A DNA stretch of 64,000 nt, taken from NCBI GenBank assembly GCA_001643675.2, contig LSRY02000002.1, forward strand, positions 1,550,001 to 1,614,000. The letters run 5' to 3'. Under the pieces are notes generated by a model that saw only the letters and a list, made by a program, of their open reading frames with translations, was not told the DNA's origin and did not search any database. The stretch comes from Monocercomonoides exilis PA203. Taxonomy: Eukaryota > Protista > Preaxostyla. Of the stretch, positions 21,721 to 33,000 are shown piece after piece; position 1 is the first letter of the stretch; each line of letters starts with the position of its first letter. A program made the translations under genes and the position numbers.

Positions 21721-24700
21721 TGTGGAGGTTGATAATGGAGAAGGCAGGGAAGATGCAGAAACGGTGGAGACAGAAGAAATAGAAGATACAGAAGAAAAAG
21801 TGGGGGTGATCAAACGAGAAGAAATGTGTGAAGATCGAGTGCTTTTGGAAGTTTCTGTATCACTGTCTGTTGAAGAATTATCTTCTTTGGATAAATGTCG
21901 ATGTGACTGTGGTTGTGATTGTGTGTGTGAATGTGAGTGTGAGTGAATGAGTGAGTGTGAGTGTGTGTTAACAGTTGAGTTATGTGAGGATAATGAACCA
22001 GTTGATTCATTTGATTTCTGTGATAACATAACAAATGGTGGTGATTGTGGTGGTGGTGGTGGAGGGAGAGAAAGAGAAGAAAGAAGAGAAGGTAGAAAAG
22101 AAGAAAAAAAAGAAGAAAGAAGATTAGCAACAGAGGAGGATGAAGTGGGGGAAGTGTTAGAAATGGAAGTATTTTGGCAAATTGGACTGAGCTGGTAATT
22201 GCTGTTTGAAATGCAAGTTGGTTGTTTGCCTACCAGATGAGAAGGAGGCGCTGGAGCTGGTGGAAGAAATGAGCAAATACTGTTTGCATTGTTTTGCACA
22301 TTTTCTGAGCATTTCGTATTAACCTGTAAAGATGTCAGTTCTTTTGAAGCATCTGGTTCAGTTGTCTTCGTTATTCCATTTGATAAGTTTAAAGTGATTG
22401 ATTTATTGAATACTTGGTTTCTAAGTTGATAAGAAGAAAAAGGAAGAGGAAGAGTGGGAGGAGGAGGAGGAGGTAGCTGAAGAGACTTATTTTTATCTAA
22501 TATTAAATTGCCTCTACTAACGGGAAATGAAGAAAGGAATGGTAGCGGTGGTGGTGATGATAGATATGGTGATAAAAATTGTGGTGATGGTGTATGTGTT
22601 TGTGGTGATTGTGGTTGTTGTTGCTGTATATATGGGGGAGGTGGAGGTGGAGGTGGAGGAGGAAGTGGCAAGTGCTTGTGAAGTTGACATGATTCGCTGT
22701 TGTTTGACACATGATTCAGAATTTTGTATTCAATTTGAGAAGAACTGACAGATTTCTTCAGTTTCGAAGCCTTCACATCAGAAATGGGTGGAGTCATTGC
22801 TGAAACACAGGACGCAATGCAGCAAGCACACGTTTTCGCTTTACTGCAATTGGATGAAGTATTTTCACTGTCTTCATCTCGCGTTGTTTCAGTCGCAAAT
22901 AAGCTGCTGTCATCATCTGCTTCCCAATCAATGCCCGTTTCAGATGTGAAGTTATGCCGTGACTTCAGCAAATCCTCAGAATGCAATTTGGAGCGTTGCT
23001 TCTCACAATGGATATGTTCCAAGCAAATTGAAGGAGCCGATACAGACTGAGGCAGTTGTGCAGCTTTCGTTTTGATAAAGTCAAAACAAGAACGAGAACT
23101 TGGTATGCCTGTATTGACTGCAGATGCGCTTGTTTCTGAGAGCTTCTTGACTTGGCTGTTAACTTCTTTGGAGGCATTGCCATAACTTTTGTTATCTTCT
23201 TTGTCTTCATTTTTGCCTTCATTCGCAACTTCATCATAATCTGGAAGTTTTCGTTCGTGAGCCTCTTTTTCATCCAAATATTCAGATGAGCAATCTTCCT
23301 TTGTGGAAGAATCTCCCTCTGACACAGACACATCTGTCGCTGTTGAAAGCTCGTCGCTTCTCAGTTTCCGAATGAATTCTGCATTTTCCTGTAAGTATCT
23401 GTCCAATCGCTGATGGTTCCTGCTCGTCTCAGCCTCGTCAATCAGCACACCGCTCTCATCAAACTGGGCACAGCTGCGCACACTCGTCTCATTCTCACTC
23501 TCGCTCTCGCTTTCACTTTCACACCGACTTTCACATTCACTCTCACTTTCGCTTCCATTCTCGCTCTCATCTTCATCATCTCCGATGTTTTTCCTTGATT
23601 TTCCTTTCTTCTTGTTGTGGTTTCCGTACTTTTCCATCGGATATCCCATCCATTTGTCTTCGTCCCTCATAACCACACACACACCTTTGCCGCTATGTCC
23701 TTTGCCCCGCACCCACATTTTGATTGGCATTGACAGAAAAGCAATAACCGATCTCCGATTAGATGGAGAGGCCAATGGATGAGGAATAAAACGAATAGCT
23801 GCTGGCGACTCATCACAACTTAGTCTTGGACACTTGGCGCTGGTTAAGTTACCGTTACGATTGGCAACATTTGGAAGATTGTTGTTGTTGTTGTTGTTGT
23901 TGTTGCTGCTGCTATCTAAAGCATTGTTACGGTTTTTGTTGTTTTTAACTCTTGTGTTCGCTTTATGTGACGGAGGAAGCGATGATTGAGAAGGAGAAGG
24001 AGAAAGAGAGGAAGAGGATGAAGAAAGCGATGAGGATTTGGTTGGTGTCGACTTTGCAGTTTGCTGCAGTAATAGATTCATATTTGTTGATCTTATCCGA
24101 GATGAACTAACAGATGCTGATTCAATGTTCACATCAGAAATCTCTCCAGCAAAGGAAACGGAAGCATTAAATGCGGAAGACGATGCGTAGAAGGAACTAA
24201 TAGAATCATCAACATCGATAGGCGTTTCTGTTATAAATGAATCTGAACGAAGTTCTTTGTATGGAAGAAACTCCGATCCAGTTGAAACAGCTGTATTTGC
24301 CATCTTCTCAGAAAATGCAGATTGAGAAGACATTGAATCTAATGTGAAGTCTGGCTCAATCTCAACCTCAGTGAATAATCCTTCTAAAGGAACATCAGAA
24401 CCAATGCTTGTCTCTTGCTCTGCTTGTATGCAAGACTCTGATGTTACTTCTTTCTCAACTTCCTTTTCCTTTTCCTTTTCTTCTTCTTTTTCGTCGTCTT
24501 CTTCTCCACTTGCATGCCCCAGCATCTCTTCCGAGGTCAAACTGCTTTGCGCCGCTTGCATCGCAATCATCTCAATCGCTTTTCGACTTCCAAGCGCCAT
24601 TTCAGCTTCGACTTTTCTTGCTGTGTTTGCCCTCACCCGCTGCAGCACCACCAGCACAATTGTGACGGTGGCAACCACAACAAAGCCACAAATAGTGCCA

Positions 24701-27700
24701 CATATGAGAAGAACATAGTTCATTGTCTTGAGGCCTTTGGAAACGTCTCCTTCTCCCCCTTCAGCTTCAACGAACGGAAATGACGATAAATTGCCCAAGC
24801 TGAGCTCTGATGTCATTTCCAGTTTTTGTGGTGAAGAAGAAGACGGATAGGCAATCTTCGCACTCAATACAGTCGAATCAGTCGAAGATGGAAGCACATT
24901 CAAAGGAACAAGCACAGAAAGATGCGCTTCATTATAAAATTGAGGAGAGCTAAGTGGAATGGTGACATTTTCTACAACCCCTGAAGTGTTCGTAACAATC
25001 ACAAGTGACAGGCCACAAGGAAGAAGCAGCTCACCTTTGATATTCAGAGAAAGCGAGGAATTGACTATTAGAGGCTCAATGCTGTTGAGAGAAGGGATGA
25101 AGTTACAGGAAGGCAACTCAGCTGCGATGCCATACAGCCTGCAACCATTGTTCTGAATCCACAATGAATCAGAAGGAGAATAAGTGCTCTTAACAGAAGA
25201 TCGAACAGAAGAGAGTGAGGATGAAGAAGAAGATTGAGAAGACGAGAATGATAAAAATGAGCGAGCGAATGAAGACAAACGAGATTTGACAAGCTTTTGA
25301 GCATGAGAATTACTTGGTGTTTCTGAAATGGTTGTTGACATGCTTACAACGTTGATCAAATGAGAAGAGTTATCTCCTTCGCAGATGATGTTTCTTCTCA
25401 GCGAAGGGAAATCTGTTATCTTTGGTCCATTTTCAGCAAAAGTCACATCTCTTATTCTGACAGAAGATGAAGTCACAGCAAGAGCACCAGAAGCAGAGTT
25501 CGCAAATGTCGTGTTGAGAAGAAAAGCGGTGCAATGCGAGAAATGAATAAATGATTGAGACCAACTACAGATCGATGTATCAGAATCAGAAGGATCAGCA
25601 TTCTGATGTGAGTTCGAAATCTGTTGATTTCGTGAAACTGAGTCAGAGTCTCCAACAAACTTTGCATTGCTTGCTTTTGATTCACGTGACATATATTGAG
25701 CAGCATCAAACACACAATCTACGAGTGTTACATTGTAACATTTCCTCAGAAGAATTGCTCCTTTACTTTCATTTAATGCAGATGCAGTACCTCCAACATC
25801 ATCATTTGATTGCCCCACAGCAGCAGATATATTGTTTATATAAAGCGTATGAAACAACACAGTATTTGATTGCATAAGAGAAGCGATTCTATTCACTTGG
25901 ATTCCACTTATAGTCACACGCTTCAGCATTATCTGCCCTCCTTCGCTTCCAATAAGTGCTTCTCCGCCAATTGGCGATATGCTTCCATAATTCGTTGAAT
26001 GCTTTTGAATTGCCTTTCTAATTGCATTACTTCCTTTGCTCAGCAACTGTGATAACTCATTTGATTCGCTCTTCAACTCCACATTCAGCATTTGCATCTG
26101 CCCTTTTAAAGTATAAAGGAAATAGCTGTGACTCGCAACTGCTCCTTCGCTAAATGCAAACTGAAGACTCTTCAGCTTAACAGTTGATTCTGTTTCAATC
26201 ATCCCTTTTGCTTGAGACATTGGCTCAATGTTGTCAGAAACGGAAATGTAACCAATTTCGCTTGATGTGTCTTGATTGTTTGAAGAATCCATTTTTGCAT
26301 GTTTTCCAAAGCTACTGACAGAACTATTCAAATCAATTGGCAAACTCTCGTGCTGCACTGTCATATCCGACAGTTTCAGTTCCTCGCCCAACACAACAAT
26401 ATCTCTGATAAGAATGGTCGATGTTCCGTTCCCATCAAAATGCACTAAACTTTCTCCCATCGTTGCACAGGGAAGCCCCGTTCTACCGCAGAGCGTTCCA
26501 TCTTTTCCAGTAAACGACGACGCAATCACACTCTGCCATTTAAAAGTCATGAACAGCCCCAGGATGTCTTCTTCCATTGAATCGGCTCCAATCTCATCTG
26601 ATCGCTCGCTTCCAATTATCGAGTTGTCATAGTCATATTCAAGTGGATGGAAAGTGATAGTAATCATGCTGCTGCTCAACTGATCGCTAAATGAATGACA
26701 CATTATATACATATCACGACCTACTGATGCATTGTTCATAGAAAAAGAAACGTCATTCAGTGAAAAAGCTGTTTCCACCAAAGAATTGTAGCTGTTTTGA
26801 ACCTGAGCGGTACTATCAGTTGGCTGCAATGCATTGAGGATATTCAGAAATAATCCACCACCAAATCCGCATCGATCCGATGAGGCAGCATTTTCAGTAG
26901 AACAACAACAGTTCAAAAAAGACACGTTTTCCACATGCAGCTGCGATGACTCTGTAAAATTCAAAGCAAAAGCACCTCCACGAGGTGAGGAAGAAGAAGC
27001 GCACGAGGAGAAGGAAGCATTTCGTAGTTGACATACAAAGTCCGTTGAATCTTCACCCGAAGCTAACGAAAATGAAGACGTCGAAGTTGACGACAAATAA
27101 GAAGACGACGATGATGACGATGAAGCTGATATCAACACAGATGGTGCTTCTGACTTTCCTTCGATTTGCTCAAATTGGCAGTTCTCCAAAACAACGTTGA
27201 TACAACTGCCTTCACATAAATCATTTCCATGCAGTATATGAGAAGATAAACCCGTTTTTTGCAATGAGATGATTGATCCGTCCATAAAGAAAGAACGAAC
27301 AAGACAATTTTGCATGCTGAAGCTTCCAGCAGAAACGAGCGCAAGCGATTTTTGAAGAGAATTCTCATTAGAAATCTCATTCGAAGCACGTGAAGTAGCA
27401 ATTGAACCTTCTTCAATCGCAATGGTAACATTTTCCAGTGTAATTGAGCCAACACTGTTTTGCGCATCTGAAGTGATACAAAATAAAGACAACGATTCCG
27501 AAGGACCCGATGAAGCAGTCGCCGCTGCATTCGGATGAAAAGTAACCTGGTCCACATGCAAATCGCCAGACGTTACCGAAAACAAGGAAGACTCACCGAG
27601 TGACTGCGGCTTCACTTTGCACTGCTCGCGACTCTCGCCTTTCACAACGATGCTCCTGTTTCCAACAGAAATCGTCTCGTTCTCTGTGAAGCTGTCTTCC

Positions 27701-29915
27701 ATCAGCCGCAGCGTGGATGTGGTGTTGGCTTGGCTGGTCTCAAAAGCAAAGTGGATGGAGTCGCACGGATTCAGCTTTGATGCCCCGCACATCACAGTCG
27801 TGCCGTGTGTGTTGACGTTCTCCTGCACCCATTTCTTGTCGATGTGGTCACTAAAACAGTCGCTCATCTTCTCGTTTTTGTATAAGTAATGTACGAAGTC
27901 TGTGTTATTCGTCGAGGCAGACTCGGTAAAGAGGTTCTGATTGCCGAGGATATTACCGCTGTCCGCGATTATAACTCCAACGCCCAATGAAGACATGACG
28001 CAATTGATGAACACACACCGCCTGAAGATTGCTCTGTCTAAAGGAACTCGCGACGGAGCACTAATCTCAAAGAGCACTGCACCAAACTCCATCAACAGAC
28101 CTGGGCAGTCGATGAAGACGATATCGTCTAAGATATAATCATATTGCGCTGCTCATTAATGAGTGATTTATTTTTTAAATGATCATTTAAAATATTAGAT
28201 TATGAAATAAAGATGAAATAAATAAATAAATAAATAAATAAAAATGTTTTATAAAAGAAATTAATTCACAAAAACATCTCTAAAATTAAAAAAAATTTTT
28301 CTAAAAAGAATATGCTTGCCTCATCAATTCACTCAAAAAGCATTGTGGGAAAATAAAAATCATTTTGTTGCATACATTCATCAAGAGCAACATTGTTCAT
28401 TCCCAGTGCAGATCCGTAATATCCTGTATCGCATTCAGTGAAAACACAATGCCGTACGCTCGTTGAACGGGCAACCTGATCGATCCAAATGCCCCCTCCA
28501 ACTTCTGTTTCTGCATAGTCTTCGATGAAGTTGCACTCTGAAACAGACACACTCCTCACACATATTAAGGCAATCGCTCCACCAGACTGCTGCGCCCAGC
28601 AGTCGCTGAAATTGCAGCGCGTGGCTGAAAAATCCACTGACGAATGGTCTAAAGCGCACTGGTCGAACTGGCTTGGACGCGCATATATCGCCCCACCGCA
28701 GCAGCTGGCTTGGTTAATTGAACAATAAGAGGAAGGGTCTGTCGAACAGGAAACAAACTCGTCGTCTGTGAATGACACAGAAACAGCAAATTCTTCGTGG
28801 TTCGATAAAACAGACTCTGCTTTGTTATCGGAAAACGCATTTTTATCGGATAGCTCATTTTGAGAATCCTTCACAGCAACTCGATTGGAATGCGAATCGG
28901 GAATCTTTATATGTATTTCAGGAGGAGGACGGACCCGATAGTGAACAGAAACATGAGTGGTTGAGTTTCCTTCTTTGATAGGCTGGCGATCTTCTCGATG
29001 GAATCTATGAGATTGCGACAGTGTGCATATCGGCGCAGATGAAGACTGACTTTTCTCGCTTTTGCTTTGTTGAGGGCATTTATAATCGGGAGATTTAAAA
29101 TAATGAATTTTTCCCCGAGTGCAATATAAATAGGAATTATTCGATGAGGTAAAAATTCGGCATTGATTATCGAGTCCGTGAGTAACTCCACCTTCAAAAG
29201 CTGATTCACATTTTAAAAAAATGTTGCTTTGAATTGTGAGTTTGTTAATAACAGATCCATGTGAAAAAAATACAGAAGATGAATCGATTGTCATATTTTT
29301 AAATGTGCACGATCGAATTAGAGATTGTGTCCCTGTCCCATCAGCTGTAAAGACAGATCTTAACTTAAATGAAGAAAACGAAGATTGCTCAAGATAAAAT
29401 GAACCAATATTATCTTTAAAGGAAGTGATGGTAGATACGTATGGAATGGCATTTTGAGAGTTTTGAAATGATATGTTACTGCATTTTACTGAGCCTCCTG
29501 AGCTTATGAAGGTTGGAGGCATGCGCTCTGGCATGACGTGTGAACAACCTTTAATTATAAGAAATGAATCGTTTGAAATGGAAGTGTATGTGTAATTGTG
29601 CAAAAGTAATATCTCCAGTTTCACAAGCTCCAGCGAGGAATTAACTAAAATAAAAGTCGAGTGATCGGAATGTGAAAAGGGAGTAAGAAGTGTGGTGGCA
29701 TGTTCGATATTGTGAGCATGTGAGTTTTGCATGAATTTATTTCCTATGCCGCAACATTTGTTATAATATTTGTTATGCAGAACCTCTTCCGATTTTGATC
29801 TTTGCATGGCGGCTCTATCAACGTAAAGGGCTTTTCCAGCCTTTTTACGTTCAGAAATGTGATGAAGAGGTTCTGTACATAACGATACAGAAAAGATCAA
29901 CAAGTAAACAATCAT
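21313..29915 (-). CDS. Very large (~2,790 aa) type-I surface protein: pectin-lyase-like beta-helix ectodomain, one TM, ~1,100-aa low-complexity Pro/Ser-rich cytoplasmic tail
   Basis: ATG at 29915 starts a signal peptide. A phase-1 intron 28375-28149 (GTATGC...GCAG) joins the two track ORFs. It has GGAI/GGGI/GGGL and FxxC beta-helix repeats, CG...PC motifs, the TM YVLLICGTICGFVVVATVTIVLVVL and poly-Pro tracts. Confidence 0.85.
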
Positions 29916-30015
29916 AACGCGCAAATGATTTTACTTGCCCAATTCTGATCTTAGCCAAAATAATTCAATCACTCAAGCAATTTGTATTTTTCGCTTTTTT
30001 GAAGAATAGCAAGAT

Positions 30016-33000
30016 ATGAATTCTCATGAAAAGCTAGATTTACATTCTGCTCATGCACTTTGTCAACCGTATCCAAAGCATTATCGGGCTCCACTTTCTC
30101 CTCTCTTTTTTCTCAATAGACACTTCTTTTTTCATTTTCTTTCGTTGCAAGAAACATTTAAGCCAACATTTTCAACCCCTGATTTCTTAGACCATTCATT
30201 TCAAAATGATTTTGATAGAGAATTTTCGATTTATGCTTGGGTGAAAAGTCCAAATGGAGTTTATGATTATTTGGATCCTTTTGAGCTTTCAAAGAAAGAA
30301 AACAAAACTCTTCCATTGAGCCAGTGTCAAAAGCGTAAATTATGCGTTAAAAAGGAGCAAGATTTGTGGAATCCCCTATATTTTTCTCCAAAATGGAGAA
30401 AACAACTTTTTCTGGATAATCATGGAATAATGACGGAATCTCCTTTATTTAATACACAACAATCGCGGATATTTGAATATAGTGATGACAAATTACTTTA
30501 TTCTTTGCGTAAATTGCTTTACTCCCCTTCCATTAGAAACGAGCTTCTATCAATTGAAGTTAACAATTACTTTCGAGCAATGTCACTTACTCAAGCAGAA
30601 TGTCTTGCTAGATTTACATTAATACATTGGATTTGGGATTGTATCATTGAAGCAGATAAAACAATCAATGAAAAGCCATTGAACAGTTCTTGTCTGCAAC
30701 AAAAAAAGTGCCTTTTTGTTGTTGGATCATTTTCATCATTTTTATCCATTCCTACAAGCTGCATCCATCTTGTAATTTGTACATACGAGCAAACAGAGTA
30801 CATATTATGCTGCCAGCGTGCAATCAGATCACTTTTTGAGTTGTGGTATGGAACTGGCTTTCACAATGAAATGAAGGAGCTTGGGCAGAAATATCAGGAA
30901 ACAAGAGAGAAGACACGAAGTTCTCTGTATCTTGCGCGGCGCAGAAGAAGCGGCCTGTACCAGTTCGGAGCTGGGCTGGAGAAGTTTGGTGCAAATGAAG
31001 GCGAAGGCGAGGGCGAAGGGATGCTGTCGCAGAAGAGCACGCTGATGAGGCTGCCGTCGCACTACTTGCACTGGACGAGGTATGTCGACAGCTCTGTTGG
31101 AATGGGCATGGTGGCAGTGCGCTCGCAGCAGGCACGCATCTGCCCTGTCTGCCATTCGGTGCTGTTCCACTTCAGATGCCCTTGCGGATACAAGGACGAA
31201 AGCACCGAGCAAACAGAAGAATTAAAAGCAGATGGGGAAAATGCAAATCAACAGATTTCTACTTCTTCTGTTATTAATACGGATACTTCATCTGCTTCTG
31301 CTTCTGCTTCCTTTTCTTCTTCTACAAGTAATAATAATACAAATTCAAATACAAATCCCAATCCTTCTCCCACCCCGTCCTTCATCCACGACAACATTTT
31401 AGATCTCCCCAAACTCATATCCCTCCCTCTCTCTTCTTCTCTTCAGGCGCTTCTGGACTTCTGCCAGCCACTCATTCAGTCAACATTCGTGCTTCGGCCT
31501 CCAGGTTCTGCGTCCAATCCAACCGTGGCTGATCTTGTTCTCCTGTCAGACGAGCGCAAAGTGGGGTATTTGGGAACAGATGCTGTGCTGTTTGCGAAGG
31601 GAAGAGCGATTCAGCCACCATCACGTGACAAGGAAAAGGAAGGGAAAGAACAAAAAGAGGATGGGGGAAACGGAGAGGAGAATGGAAAGAAAGAGGCGAA
31701 AGCAGAAATGGAAGGGGGAGGAGAAGGAGGAGAAGGCGAAAAAGAGGAAGCTGCTAAAACGATAGAAGTAGAGGAAGATTCTTATCCATATTTGATGAAT
31801 CCATCAGTTGGGATTCCGAAGGACTTAAGAAAAAATGCTTCCACGTCAAACCATGCATCAACAGCTCAAACACTTCAACAGCCCATTTCACAGTCAATGA
31901 CATCAACATCAACATCATCATCTTTATCATCATCATCTTCTTCCTCTTCTTCTTCTACCTTATCTTCTTCACTTCCTACGTCCTCTTCCCTAACACCTCA
32001 GTCATTTCGCACAGTCATTTCAGAGCTGACTTCTGTTCCATACAGCTTCCCATCTTCTCCTTCTGCTGTTCCTCAAAGCGACGCTGACACTTTTCTGTTG
32101 CAGCTGCGCTCTTCTCTCATGTCTCCTCTGGTTGCTTCTGTCGATTATGTTCCATGCGCTCAATCTGTCTCTGCTTCATCTTCATCATCATACACATCAT
32201 CGTCTTCTTCTTCTCCTCCTCCTTCTCCTTCTCCCCCTTCTTCTTCCATCTTCTCCTCCTCCTTCTCCCGCATCACCATCTCCGACGTCGCCAGAACGGG
32301 GCTCCAAGCTGATGTCTCCTTCGGCGACGTCGCCTCTGTTCTCCGTACCGACTACCTCCGCTGCCTGCTCGTCGTGTTTCCACAGCTGCAGCCCCTCTTC
32401 GTGTGCATCAAGAGCATCCTGAGAGTGAGATCACTCGACAACCCCCACAAGGGCGGACTCGGCTCCTTCACCATCGCGCTGATGATTGTCTCTCACTTCC
32501 AGCAGTTTCGGAGAAACTTCAGAGTTTCTCCGAAGCGTATTTGCTTGGGGAAGCTGCTGTTAACGTTCTTTCAGCTGTATGGTGAAAGCGATGATTTGCC
32601 AGAGCCAGTTGATCCGATAAAAGAGCGGGCGATGAGGAGGAAGCGGAAGCTGGAGGCGATGAGGAGGCTGGGAAGAGCAAGAGACAGAGAGCAGGGCAAT
32701 GAGGAGAGCATGGAAAGAGGAGTAAAGGAGAAAGAGAAAGAGAAAGAAAAGAATGCTGATGATGTATCCAATAATAAATCATCTCTGCCAACTCTTCCGC
32801 GATTCTCTGCGAGCCGGTATGCGCTTTCAGTGAGAGGCGATGGGAAGTATCTGAAACTGGAGGAATTGAAAGAGAGCAATCCACTTCTACTAAAGAGAGA
32901 AAAAGAAGGGAAAAACTTGGGAAAAACCGAGGACTTAGAAAGTGGTGAGTTTTCGAATGTGCTTGTAGTGGAGAATCCGATTGACTGCACAAACAACACA

